This document shows positions 28,823-38,474 of a stretch of 64,000 bases of DNA, in pieces. A program made the position numbers and the translations under genes. The notes below the pieces were generated by a model that saw only the letters and a program-made list of their open reading frames with translations, was not told where the DNA came from and searched no databases. The DNA lies in NCBI GenBank assembly GCA_029259115.1, contig JAPDJO010000002.1, positions 18,737 through 82,736 on the forward strand. The letters are read 5' to 3'. The first letter of the stretch is position 1. Every line of letters starts with the position of its first letter. This stretch comes from Thermoplasmatota archaeon. Lineage in GTDB: Archaea > Thermoplasmatota > E2 > DHVEG-1 > B18-G2.

Positions 28823-30357
28823 TGCCTAAAATATCTCTGTCCAGTAAATACCATTATTAGCCCATGCTCATCCGCCGCCTTTATAACTTCTTCATCCCTT
28901 ATTGATCCTCCTGGCTGAACTATGGCTTTTACTCCAGCCTCCGCAGCAAGATCGACAGCATCTCTAAATGGAAAGAACGCATCACTCGCCATTATAGAAC
29001 CTTTTATCCTGTCTTTCCCTTTATGGGTAGCGATAAATGTTGCATCAACTCTAGCTGTTTGTCCTCCTCCTATAGCTACCGTATGAGTATCTTTTACAAA
29101 GACTACAGCATTTGATTTCACATGTTTTACACATTTCACTGCAAATACCATGGATCTTATATCCTCAGCCGAAGGCTTCCTCTTTGTAACGACTTTCCAA
29201 TCCTTTGGATCTATTTCTTTAACGTCTCTATCCTGAATCAACATACCTCCAGTCACACTCCTAAAACAGATATCTTCGGACTTATCATCGATATCTGGTA
29301 CTTCTAAGAGACGAAGCCTTTTCTTTTTACCGAGAATCTGAAGAGCCCTTTCTGTAAACTTAGGGGCAACTATAACTTCTAAGAAGTATTTGGATAGATC
29401 TTCTGCTAGCTTAGAATCAACTTCTCTATTAAATGCTACAACTCCGCCAAATGGAGAGTATGTATCTGTTTCATAGGCTTTTATCCAAGCATCAAAAATG
29501 TTATCTGATGAGGCTATCCCGCAAGGAGTAGCATGTTTGATAATAACGGCTGTTGGTTCATCAAACTCTTTTACACATTCTAGAGCAGCATCAGCATCTA
29601 GTATGTTGTTGTAGGATAGCTCCTTTCCCTGAAGTTTTCTAGCATTTGCTATACATCCTTCTGCTCTCTCTGGTAGGATTTTGTAGAATGCACCTTCCTG
29701 ATGCGGATTCTCTCCGTATCTAGTCTTTTGTATCAATTCAAATGTTAGAGTTAAATTCTTTGGAAATTTCTCGTTAAGCAACCTTTTTCTTAGATAATTT
29801 GATATTATCGCATCATATCTTGCAACATGTTCAAAAGCCTCGACAGCTAGCTTTTTTCTGAACTCTTCATCTATCCCTATCTTAAGCTTTTCTATTAGCT
29901 CATCGTATCTGGATGGATTTACAACAATAAGTACATCCTCAAAATTCTTTGCTGCAGATCTTATGAGCGTAGGTCCACCGATATCTATGTTCTCTATAAC
30001 TTCATGCAAATCCACATTTTCCTTCTTTATGATCTCTTCAAAAGGATAGAGATTACATACCACTAGATCTATGGGTTTCATTGATAAATTCCTTAGAATG
30101 TTCAGATGTTCTTCTTTCTCTCTCTTTGCAAGGATGCCTGCATGAATCTTGGGGTGCAAAGTTTTTACCCTTCCATCTAATATCTCTGGAAAGCCGGTAA
30201 AATCTGATAATTCTGTGACATCTATTCCCTTTTCTTTCAAGAATCTATACGTTCCTCCGGTAGATATTATGTCAAAGTTGAGTTTCTGAAGCTCCTTGGC
30301 TAAAAAATCTACCCCTCTTTTATCATAGACACTTATCAGTGCTAATCTCTTTCCCAT
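28819..30357 (-). CDS. purH: Bifunctional AICAR formyltransferase/IMP cyclohydrolase
   Basis: ALISVYDK, GRVKTLHP, IDIGGP, RYGENPHQ, SDAFFPF, QPGGS. Confidence 0.96.
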   Translation of the reverse strand: MGKRLALISVYDKRGVDFLAKELQKLNFDIISTGGTYRFLKEKGIDVTELSDFTGFPEILDGRVKTLHPKIHAGILAKREKEEHLNILRNLSMKPIDLVVCNLYPFEEIIKKENVDLHEVIENIDIGGPTLIRSAAKNFEDVLIVVNPSRYDELIEKLKIGIDEEFRKKLAVEAFEHVARYDAIISNYLRKRLLNEKFPKNLTLTFELIQKTRYGENPHQEGAFYKILPERAEGCIANARKLQGKELSYNNILDADAALECVKEFDEPTAVIIKHATPCGIASSDNIFDAWIKAYETDTYSPFGGVVAFNREVDSKLAEDLSKYFLEVIVAPKFTERALQILGKKKRLRLLEVPDIDDKSEDICFRSVTGGMLIQDRDVKEIDPKDWKVVTKRKPSAEDIRSMVFAVKCVKHVKSNAVVFVKDTHTVAIGGGQTARVDATFIATHKGKDRIKGSIMASDAFFPFRDAVDLAAEAGVKAIVQPGGSIRDEEVIKAADEHGLIMVFTGQRYFRH

Positions 30358-30404
30358 GAATCTTACCCAAAGGCAATAAGAAAAGGGGAAATAAATCTTT
30401 GGAT

Positions 30405-31169
30405 TTAATTAGAAGACTTGCTGAATTTGATAGCCTCTTCCATTTCGATTTCTCCTTTGAGAACTTTAAGTGCTAATTCTCTGGATATAGTTATTCTACC
30501 ACCGCTTAGGATCCTACTTTTTCTCTGCACTTCCTTTATTTCTCCATCGGTAAATCTTCTGTCTCCATTTCCTCTTACCGATCTACCTCTTGATTTTGCT
30601 ATCCTTATAGCAGCTACCTCGTTTCTTTCCATTCTTGAGTATCCAGTTCTCTGACTCGTTTTTGTTTCATCTACTATTTCAATTCTGATATCAACATCTC
30701 TTAAACCGTCTATGATTCTATCCCTGTAAATTCTGGCATCATGGCCTATCCTTACTATCCTCTCCTTGTCTGAAAAGTCACTCAGAATTTTTCTTACTAT
30801 TCCTAAAGCCTCATCTGTGGATGATGCACACCAGGTTCTTAGAACAGTTTCACCAGAGAGGAGGGCTATACCAGGGTACTCCCCTGGATCTATTCCTATC
30901 ACGATCTCGTCACTATTTCCATGTAAAATTTGCATAGCCCTATCCAATGCAGAATCTATGTCTCTAAAACAGTCAGCATATACGACCTTCCTTCCGCCTA
31001 TATCTTTACCCTCAGCTGAAGATGTTATAATGACACCAACCTTATGCGGTATTCTATCTATGGAGTGTAAATGAATATAATCTATGCCTCTTTCATTCAT
31101 CTTATTCATTATGTCATGTGCTAGCGAGAAATCCTTTGTGTATATCCCCACTATCTTCATCTTTCCCAC
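30405..31169 (-). CDS. Conserved archaeal protein with an RNase H-like (YqgF/RuvC-like) fold
   Basis: VIGIDPG..PGIAL and IVDETKTS motifs. Confidence 0.6.
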   Translation of the reverse strand: MGKMKIVGIYTKDFSLAHDIMNKMNERGIDYIHLHSIDRIPHKVGVIITSSAEGKDIGGRKVVYADCFRDIDSALDRAMQILHGNSDEIVIGIDPGEYPGIALLSGETVLRTWCASSTDEALGIVRKILSDFSDKERIVRIGHDARIYRDRIIDGLRDVDIRIEIVDETKTSQRTGYSRMERNEVAAIRIAKSRGRSVRGNGDRRFTDGEIKEVQRKSRILSGGRITISRELALKVLKGEIEMEEAIKFSKSSN

Positions 31170-33244
31170 GGCATCTTGTTTTCTATATACTCTGTCCAGA
31201 ATAATTTCAAATCATCCCTTAATAAATCTTTCGATGTAAGGATGCTAAATTTACCATCTTTTACAACTTCCTCTATATCTTTTCCGAGGCTTAATTTTCT
31301 CAGATTTTTAGCGAGAAAATCATCCAATCTATTATATTTCCTTTTTACCTCTACATACCACCTTCCATCTTTGAGATAAGGTCCTTTAACTACTTCTTTG
31401 CTGTTTCTCCATTTTTCCAAGAAAGCTTCAACATGCCTTTTTTCTTTTTCTGGAGGTCCCCTATGTATGTATGTTTCTGGTAGTTCTATCTCTTTTGGCT
31501 TGAGAAGAATGTATATCTTGTCTTCAGTGACCACAAACCTTCCATCCTCTATCTCGAAATCATTTTCTTCACACGATTTAACTATCCTTCTCAAAGTCTT
31601 CTTTGCCTGTGGGTACAGATTATCTGGAATTATATCCGGCTTTTCTATTTCTACCCCGATAAAACCATCTAGATGTTTTTTTATTTCCTCATCAGGTAGA
31701 GGTTTTATGGTTTGAGGGAAAAAGAATCTCTCGCTCGGCTTTTCCAGATATTCTTTGCATGCTCTTTTGAATATCTCTAGTTTCTCCTCGGATACGGCTG
31801 ATGCAACATTTCTGTTTGGATCTACCGGATCTATAAAAACTAAAGGATCATTAAAAGCTGGCGAAGGAACTTCCTTGAGTTTTATCACCTCCCCCTTTTT
31901 CCAGTCTTTTGCATTCCTAAGAACATTTTCAAAGGATCCATATTTTAGTATCAGGAGTTCACATAGATAACCCGAAAAACCTTCTACCTCTGCCTCTGCA
32001 CCATAACAACCTATACCTTTTAGAAATCTTTTTAACAATCTTACATCCTTTCTTTTTCTGAAAGGTAGATTTTCTCTTATGAAATCTGTATGAAAGGGAG
32101 TTCTATCAACCGCAGATATCTTTTCAGATGCTTTTTTCACTCTATAGCAAGGAACAATCTCGACATCATATCCCTTGTACTTTCCCCTTATATAGGGATG
32201 CTCCGCATATCTTTCTTCATGCTTTTCCAGTATTTTTCTGCCTATCAAAAGTCCCTTTCTTTCCATTTCCTTTCTCGGTGTGTTTGGAGGGAACAGTAAA
32301 AATATGTCTATATCTACGGAATCTCTAAGATAAGTATCTTTAGCAACTGATCCAACCAATTTTGGTACAGCTTTTATGTTCTCTTTCTTGATTTCCTTTT
32401 CTATTTTGTCTAAGAGCTCTAAAACTATCCTGTTCAGTTTCCTTCTCTCAGCAAAACTCGGTGTAATCTTTCTCAAAACCTCTTTTTCTATGCTGTTCTC
32501 GTAATTCACTACTCCGCAAGCTATCAAAAATATAGATATCCCTCCAATAACATCTGTTATCCAGTGTATGGATAGATATAGCACTGAGAATATCACACCT
32601 AGAGCAGATATCAAAGTGATGTAGAAATATCTTCTATCTCTCATAAAACTCGATGACTTTACTAGGAGAAGTGCCATTGCAACATGTAAGGATGGAAAAC
32701 AGTTATTTTTCGTTGTTACTGCATAAAAGAACTTCTCAATCCCTGGTATGATCTTACCCAAATGGAAATCTATGCCTAAATATGTGTACACATTTGTTAC
32801 AGGTAGAAATAGATAAAAGGGCAGGGCGCAGAGATAGATTATAACCAAACCATATGATAAACTCCTCATGGCTTTTTCCTCGTTGCCAATCAAGAATAGG
32901 AGTGGAGAAAACCATAGGGTAAATGGGTAGAGGATCATATAGAAGAATACTGAGATAATGGAGATCAAGTTAGAAGTATTTTGAGATAGATATTCGAAAA
33001 AACCTTTCTCATAAGAATAGAAGACCGGAGCAAAATCTTTCCCTATTAGATTGGTGGTAAATCTATCTATGAAGTTCACTTCAAACAAGTGGAAAAGTAC
33101 AACCAGAATTAATATAATCAGATGTAATCTGAGATTGAAAAATCCTTCCATGTAATTTTTCTTATCTCTCGGAAAGAAGATTGTAAGGAATATGAGAAAA
33201 AGGACAAGATTTGCTGTACCCATGTAGAGAATCCAAGATTCCAT
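31157..33244 (-). CDS. cca: PAP2-type (PAP2_3/Aur1-like) membrane domain fused to the class I CCA-adding enzyme
   Basis: About 250 N-terminal residues with several TMs, NCFPSLHVA and YLSIHWITDVIGG; then LVGSVAKDTYL...DIDIF, YAEHPY, SAVDRTPFH, GFSGYLCELL, IDPVDPNRNVA. Confidence 0.9.
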   Translation of the reverse strand: MESWILYMGTANLVLFLIFLTIFFPRDKKNYMEGFFNLRLHLIILILVVLFHLFEVNFIDRFTTNLIGKDFAPVFYSYEKGFFEYLSQNTSNLISIISVFFYMILYPFTLWFSPLLFLIGNEEKAMRSLSYGLVIIYLCALPFYLFLPVTNVYTYLGIDFHLGKIIPGIEKFFYAVTTKNNCFPSLHVAMALLLVKSSSFMRDRRYFYITLISALGVIFSVLYLSIHWITDVIGGISIFLIACGVVNYENSIEKEVLRKITPSFAERRKLNRIVLELLDKIEKEIKKENIKAVPKLVGSVAKDTYLRDSVDIDIFLLFPPNTPRKEMERKGLLIGRKILEKHEERYAEHPYIRGKYKGYDVEIVPCYRVKKASEKISAVDRTPFHTDFIRENLPFRKRKDVRLLKRFLKGIGCYGAEAEVEGFSGYLCELLILKYGSFENVLRNAKDWKKGEVIKLKEVPSPAFNDPLVFIDPVDPNRNVASAVSEEKLEIFKRACKEYLEKPSERFFFPQTIKPLPDEEIKKHLDGFIGVEIEKPDIIPDNLYPQAKKTLRRIVKSCEENDFEIEDGRFVVTEDKIYILLKPKEIELPETYIHRGPPEKEKRHVEAFLEKWRNSKEVVKGPYLKDGRWYVEVKRKYNRLDDFLAKNLRKLSLGKDIEEVVKDGKFSILTSKDLLRDDLKLFWTEYIENKMPWER

Positions 33245-33804
33245 TATTTCTCCTCCAATTTTACCTCCCTGATAGTGGAATATATGGGTCCTTTTTCAGT
33301 AAGAACACTCTTTTTCAATTTTATCGATTCAACAATCTGCTCTCCAAAATACTCTGTTGAGTACTCTCCTAGGAGGGATGTAAGTTTGTTCTTGTCTCCC
33401 ACACTTTTTACTCTTGCTATCGTGAGATGGGGAGAGAAATCTCTTTTTTCTTTACTATAACCTAATTTTTCTAGTCCCTCCTCTAGTCTTCTAAATATCA
33501 CTTCCATTTCTCTTCCTTCGGTTCCTATCCATATCACATTTATCCTCCTCAGATTAGGAAAGGCGCCGACGCCCTGTAGCTTTATTTTGAAAGGCTTTAC
33601 ATCTTTTACTGCATCTCGCATGTATCTCTCTATCTCATCTATGATTTCTTCTTCAGTTTCTCCTAGAAACTTCAAGGTTACATGAAGATTTTCAAGCTCA
33701 ACCATTTTTAGCTTAGCATTTATTTTCTTCAAATTCTCCGAGAACTCCTTTATCCTCTCTGTAGGATCTATATCTATAGCTATGAATCCCCTGAAGGTTG
33801 GCAT
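33244..33804 (-). CDS. thpR: RNA 2',3'-cyclic phosphodiesterase (2H family)
   Basis: RGFIAID, HVTLKFLG, PHLTIAR. Confidence 0.93.
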   Translation of the reverse strand: MPTFRGFIAIDIDPTERIKEFSENLKKINAKLKMVELENLHVTLKFLGETEEEIIDEIERYMRDAVKDVKPFKIKLQGVGAFPNLRRINVIWIGTEGREMEVIFRRLEEGLEKLGYSKEKRDFSPHLTIARVKSVGDKNKLTSLLGEYSTEYFGEQIVESIKLKKSVLTEKGPIYSTIREVKLEEK

Positions 33805-33919
33805 TCGGATTTAGAAATAAGTAGAGATTTATATTATTTGGCAACAATCAGGCAAGAAGAGAAAATTTTATATAATCCATAATCTATATACTTCCCACAA
33901 AATTCCCACCCGTAATGGT

Positions 33920-34342
33920 ATGGACACGATAGTACAGGTTGACGCAAAGGGAAGGATTCTAATACCAAGTGAATTCAGAGAAGTTCTCGATATAAAAGGA
34001 GGAGATGAGATCTTGCTCACGCTCGACGCTAAAACAAAAACGCTGATCGTGAGCCCTATTTACAGCAAAGAAGGCAGATTCGTGAAAATTGAAATAGAAT
34101 TTGATGATACAATCGGAGCTCTAGCAAAAATAGCGGATTATATTGCCAGAAAAAGGATAGATCTTGTCATGACGGAATCAAAAAGTTTTCAGAGATGGAA
34201 AAGAGCCAGATGGATTATCATAGCTGATATCTCCAGAAGTAATTCTAACATTAAGGAGTTACAGGAGGGTCTTCTTGGTATGGATTTTGTGAAAAATGTC
34301 AGTATAGAAGAGATAGAGAGGGATTTAGTTCATCGTGGCTAG
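33920..34342 (+). CDS. AbrB/MazE-family DNA-binding domain + ACT domain regulator
   Basis: VDAKGRILIPSEFRE; DDTIGALAKIA..IA...IDL ACT pattern. Confidence 0.85.
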   Translation: MDTIVQVDAKGRILIPSEFREVLDIKGGDEILLTLDAKTKTLIVSPIYSKEGRFVKIEIEFDDTIGALAKIADYIARKRIDLVMTESKSFQRWKRARWIIIADISRSNSNIKELQEGLLGMDFVKNVSIEEIERDLVHRG

Positions 34343-34402
34343 ATCTATTTCAATCTCCTCTAAATTTTTCCCAAGAAAATTAGGCTTAGAGGAGGTGATA
34401 GA

Positions 34403-35176
34403 ATGAGGAAGATATCTGCAGTTTTGGTTGTTGGTATGTTGGGGCTAGTGACAGTTTCAGGGATTGTAGCCTGTGCCAAAGAAAACATACCTAAGGAAAA
34501 TGAGGCCCAACCCAGAGATATCAAACCACCTATACTCGAGATCTGTATGAGAAAATACTACAACATCAATTCCCCAGCTATATTGACTAGGATCGTGCTG
34601 AGAAATCCAAATCCATTCACTATATGGGTCAGCCAGATGGATCCTAGGAAAAACTCTCTTGATATCAGAATAACTTTACCAAATGGAACCGTAATATACT
34701 GTTTGGCAGAAAGTACGCACATGATTCCAATACCAGTACCTATTCTACCATACTCAACATACTTCCTAGTCATAAACCTTAAGGCTCCAGTATTCGGATG
34801 GTGGGTTGATCAGCCTGGTGGAAAGGAATGGATTTATGACTGGTCACTCAAGGGAAAATACACTATTTGGGTGTGGTATCGGTCCTTTGGCACCTCTGAA
34901 TTCGAAACAGGCTGGAGAGGAGAACTGGAAGCAGAAAGAGAATTCTTCATCTGGGGAAACAAAACAGAGAAGGAGGAATCTTTCCAAGAAAAAGAAGGAA
35001 AGACGAACAAGATAGAGAAATCTCCTGAAACAACCAAACAGTCTTTGTCTACCTTCACCAAGGTTCTCCAGAAACTTTTCCGGTCTACAAATAGGAACAG
35101 GTTTGCTTTCCCACCTACAGCGAAGTTATTTTCAAGAATCCTTGGATATCAACTAAAGAAACTCCTCTATTCCTAG
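34403..35176 (+). CDS. Secreted/lipoprotein hypothetical protein
   Basis: RBS GGAGGTG, signal peptide ending IVAC, beta-rich body, amphipathic basic C-terminal tail. Confidence 0.6.
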   Translation: MRKISAVLVVGMLGLVTVSGIVACAKENIPKENEAQPRDIKPPILEICMRKYYNINSPAILTRIVLRNPNPFTIWVSQMDPRKNSLDIRITLPNGTVIYCLAESTHMIPIPVPILPYSTYFLVINLKAPVFGWWVDQPGGKEWIYDWSLKGKYTIWVWYRSFGTSEFETGWRGELEAEREFFIWGNKTEKEESFQEKEGKTNKIEKSPETTKQSLSTFTKVLQKLFRSTNRNRFAFPPTAKLFSRILGYQLKKLLYS

Positions 35177-36985
35177 AGCTTCGAGCTTCTCTCTTGGGAT
35201 CTCTCCTTCCTTGGTCCATCCCCTAGCTTTAAAGTAATCATCCAGCATCTCTTTTTCTTCTTCCTCAGATATATAGCTACCTTTTGATGCTCCTTCTGGT
35301 ATTGGTATTCTTATCTTGGGAGGAAGTTTAACTTGCTCTCTCTTCCAACCGCATTTCAAGTTGAAGAGATGTTTAAGGTTGCATATCCTTTCCCCTATTT
35401 CTAGGAATTTCTCTTCATTATAATCCAATCCAGCAGTAGCTTTGAGAATCTCTCTAAATCCTTCCAAGAGGAAGAAACCTCTCGAGAACTTGCAAACTCC
35501 CAAAGCATCGTATATAGCCATAAAGTTCTCCATGTCAGCGATCTCTCTACCCTTGTTCTTTGCACTCAGTCTATCTACACCTTCGTATTTCCAGAATTTG
35601 CCCAAGAGCTCCAATGCATATGCTCCAGATCTAAGATGGCATGCCCCTCTTGGGGATGTTAGAAATGCTAAACCCATTCCTTTTATTCCTCTCACATCAT
35701 AGGCTGGTGGCTCCATACCGCGGACATGTACAGCATATTTATCTGCGCCTTTTCCTATCTTCTCTGCAGCTCTTTTTACTCCTTCAGCGAGAATATTTCC
35801 GAGACCTTCTCTTTTTGCAATCTTTTCAACCATATCTACAACAGCCTCAGAGTTACCGAATCTAAGGTCAATACCCTCAGTGTCATCTTTGGTGAGAATC
35901 CCATTTTCATACAGGTCCATCGCAAAACCTATGCATCCTCCCGCAGAGATAGTATCGATACCGTAGAGATCGCACAGTTCATTTGCCTTCGCTACAGATT
36001 CTATATCTGGATTTCCACAGTTCCCTCCCAAGGAAAAGAGGGTTTCGTACTCGACTCCATCGAGTTTTGTTCCCTTATACTTCCCCTCCTTAATCACGAA
36101 CATTTTACCACATGGCTTCACGCACTGAATGCATGCTTTGTTCTTTATAGAATATCTGGGCGCCCAGTAATATGGGTCTATCTTCTGTCTCTGGTCAAAG
36201 ACTCCCTCTCTCCAGTTCCTCGTTGGAAATGTTCCCCTTTCTTTATTCATCCATTCTAAAAACTCTCCAGATCCATAGAGACCATCATCTTTGAATGCTT
36301 GACTATTTACCATCTTCTCATACCATTCAAAAGTTAATTCCAGAACCTTACTCGGATCCTTCAAATTTACATCTTTACTTCCTCTCACAGCTATGGCCTT
36401 GAGTTTTTTTGATCCCATCACAGCTCCAAGACCACCTCTACCTGCCTGTCTGTCATCTGAGGATATTATTGCGTATCTAACAAGATTCTCTCCTCCAATC
36501 CCTATACATGCAACAGAACAATTTTTTTCTTCTTTCTTTATCTCTTCTTCAGTCTCTCTCGTTGTTTTTCCCCATAGATGCTGTGCATCCCTTATCTCAA
36601 CGTTATCATCATCTATGAAAAGATAGCATGGTTTCTCACTTTTGCCCTTAATGATTAAGACATCATAACCAGCTTGTTTTAGAGCTAATCCTATACTCCC
36701 GCCGCATGCGCCTTCGCCCCATCCATCTGTTAAAGGGGATTTTGCAAAGAACTCCGATTTGCCTGCGGTTGGTATGGGGGTACCAACAAGTAACCCAGGA
36801 GCAAGGATGAGGGCATTATCTCCGCTAAGTGGATCAGTATCTCCGCTTACAAACTTATTCATATAGTAGGAACCAAAGCCATCTCCACCGAGATATTTCT
36901 TGTAGAGATCTTCTTTAATTTCTTCTTTTTTGATTTCACCTTTTGAAAGATCCACATAAAGCAATCTTCCAGACCAGCACACCAT
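35153..36985 (-). CDS. aor: Tungsten-containing aldehyde:ferredoxin oxidoreductase family enzyme
   Basis: YLGG, KSPLT, GRGGLGAVMGSKKLKAI, CxxCxxxC, EYET, DLYGIDTIS, RGACH, DALGVC. Confidence 0.92.
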   Translation of the reverse strand: MVCWSGRLLYVDLSKGEIKKEEIKEDLYKKYLGGDGFGSYYMNKFVSGDTDPLSGDNALILAPGLLVGTPIPTAGKSEFFAKSPLTDGWGEGACGGSIGLALKQAGYDVLIIKGKSEKPCYLFIDDDNVEIRDAQHLWGKTTRETEEEIKKEEKNCSVACIGIGGENLVRYAIISSDDRQAGRGGLGAVMGSKKLKAIAVRGSKDVNLKDPSKVLELTFEWYEKMVNSQAFKDDGLYGSGEFLEWMNKERGTFPTRNWREGVFDQRQKIDPYYWAPRYSIKNKACIQCVKPCGKMFVIKEGKYKGTKLDGVEYETLFSLGGNCGNPDIESVAKANELCDLYGIDTISAGGCIGFAMDLYENGILTKDDTEGIDLRFGNSEAVVDMVEKIAKREGLGNILAEGVKRAAEKIGKGADKYAVHVRGMEPPAYDVRGIKGMGLAFLTSPRGACHLRSGAYALELLGKFWKYEGVDRLSAKNKGREIADMENFMAIYDALGVCKFSRGFFLLEGFREILKATAGLDYNEEKFLEIGERICNLKHLFNLKCGWKREQVKLPPKIRIPIPEGASKGSYISEEEEKEMLDDYFKARGWTKEGEIPREKLEALGIEEFL

Positions 36986-36986
36986 G

Positions 36987-37382
36987 TTATGCACCCCCTA
37001 TCTCGAGAGCTCCTTGGGAGCATACTTTAACACATCTAGGCTCTCCTTGACAGAGATCACATTTGTAGGCTTTTTTCTCAAAGATCCAGACAGCATTAAT
37101 TGGACAAGCTCTTTCGCATGCTCCACATCCAACACACTTATCATAGTCAACATAGACTATGCCATCTTTCTTCTTCATTGCATCGAACTTACAGGCATCT
37201 ATGCACTCGAAATTACAATCTTTGCCATGGGTGCATACATGAGGAATATCATCTGTCAATCCCTTTTTCTCTATCCTTATCCCACTCCTGTTTGGGTTTG
37301 AGACATTGAAATGATACGTTGAGCAAACAAATTCACACTCTCTACAACCAGAACATTTATCCGCATTAACCTTCACATACAT
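36987..37382 (-). CDS. 4Fe-4S multicluster ferredoxin subunit
   Basis: CSGCRECEFVC, CVGCGACERACP, KCDLC..EPRCV. ATG start chosen from RBS. Confidence 0.9.
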   Translation of the reverse strand: MYVKVNADKCSGCRECEFVCSTYHFNVSNPNRSGIRIEKKGLTDDIPHVCTHGKDCNFECIDACKFDAMKKKDGIVYVDYDKCVGCGACERACPINAVWIFEKKAYKCDLCQGEPRCVKVCSQGALEIGGA

Positions 37383-37386
37383 TGGA

Positions 37387-38028
37387 TCACCCCACCAGTA
37401 AGGAGTTTGCAATTGTTAGTATCCAGCATACTACAGCTAGGCTTATGGTTACAGGGTAATAAAATCTTGATTTCAGTTTACTTATGTCATAGCTTCTCAC
37501 GCGATCTATGGCTAGAATCGAAAATATCCCTAGTATTCCTGCAGGCAATCCTCTTGCCAATATTTGTGGAAGGAAGGCAACTAGATCGTTGGGATTGAAA
37601 GCTACCGAGGATACGATAGGAGTCAACACCTGTGTTACAATAAATCCACCGACATAGCACAGATACGAGGTTATCATTCCCATACTAGCTATTGTTGCAG
37701 GTCTTCTAAACTCTTTCAAATCAAATAGCTTGTACCATATAGCTTCAAATATTATACCTTCAGATACTATCGATATAGCTGAGCATATCAAACAACCTGT
37801 GAAAGGATTGGTCAATCTCAAGAGTCCAGCAATCATGGCCATACCAAGTTGCATACCCCTTTTTCTGAAGATAATCCGTGTATAGCTCATCATGGCTACT
37901 GCAACCAATCCGGTCATTATGGCGCCTGCCGGAAGGTTTTGATCCCTAAGAAAATCTCCAAGTATACACTCTAGCATCCCCCACAGAGAACCAAATAACA
38001 AAATTCCAGCCAACTCTCTTCTGTTCAT
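37387..38028 (-). CDS. Membrane protein of about 6 TMs, ECF S-component-like
   Basis: Size and hydrophobicity; LFGSLWGMLE..LG motif. Family assignment is an inference. Confidence 0.5.
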   Translation of the reverse strand: MNRRELAGILLFGSLWGMLECILGDFLRDQNLPAGAIMTGLVAVAMMSYTRIIFRKRGMQLGMAMIAGLLRLTNPFTGCLICSAISIVSEGIIFEAIWYKLFDLKEFRRPATIASMGMITSYLCYVGGFIVTQVLTPIVSSVAFNPNDLVAFLPQILARGLPAGILGIFSILAIDRVRSYDISKLKSRFYYPVTISLAVVCWILTIANSLLVG

Positions 38029-38465
38029 TTAACCACCTCTATCTTCACAACATTCCTAACCATATACGCCTTAGGAAGATTCTCAAAAACAACTCTCAGA
38101 TTTTTTGTCAAGATTCCGCTCTTCATATCTTCCCACTTTACAGTTTTTCTGTATCCATCTGAGCCAATAATAGTGTATGAATACGTTTCAGGATTTTTGA
38201 TCCCTGCAAGCTTTATGATATCCTCAAGAGATATACCAGTGTAGTTTTCTTTTGTTATAACATTCTGTATTGTTTTGGACTCGTATGCACTAAATATCTC
38301 ATTTACAGACAACTTCTTCCCATCTATCTCTATGAAGTCACTCGATGCTACGCTTTTTGTAGCGTGCACGTAGATGTTTGAGATGATGCCAATCAGAAGT
38401 AAAAGCATAGCAATTGAGATTATGGTATTTTCCTTCCCCCATTTCATCATCTTTACGAAATTCAT
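38025..38465 (-). CDS. Membrane-anchored molybdopterin-binding-fold (SUOX/YedY-like) protein without Cys
   Basis: N-terminal TM, YTGISLEDII, GSDGY, LRVV, VRNVVKIEV. Confidence 0.65.
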   Translation of the reverse strand: MNFVKMMKWGKENTIISIAMLLLLIGIISNIYVHATKSVASSDFIEIDGKKLSVNEIFSAYESKTIQNVITKENYTGISLEDIIKLAGIKNPETYSYTIIGSDGYRKTVKWEDMKSGILTKNLRVVFENLPKAYMVRNVVKIEVVK

Positions 38466-38474
38466 GAACTGTAT

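Noticed and set aside
30405-31169. Transposase or TnpB because of the GIDPG motif
   Set aside because: No terminal inverted repeats, target duplication or Zn finger; it overlaps cca within a housekeeping operon.
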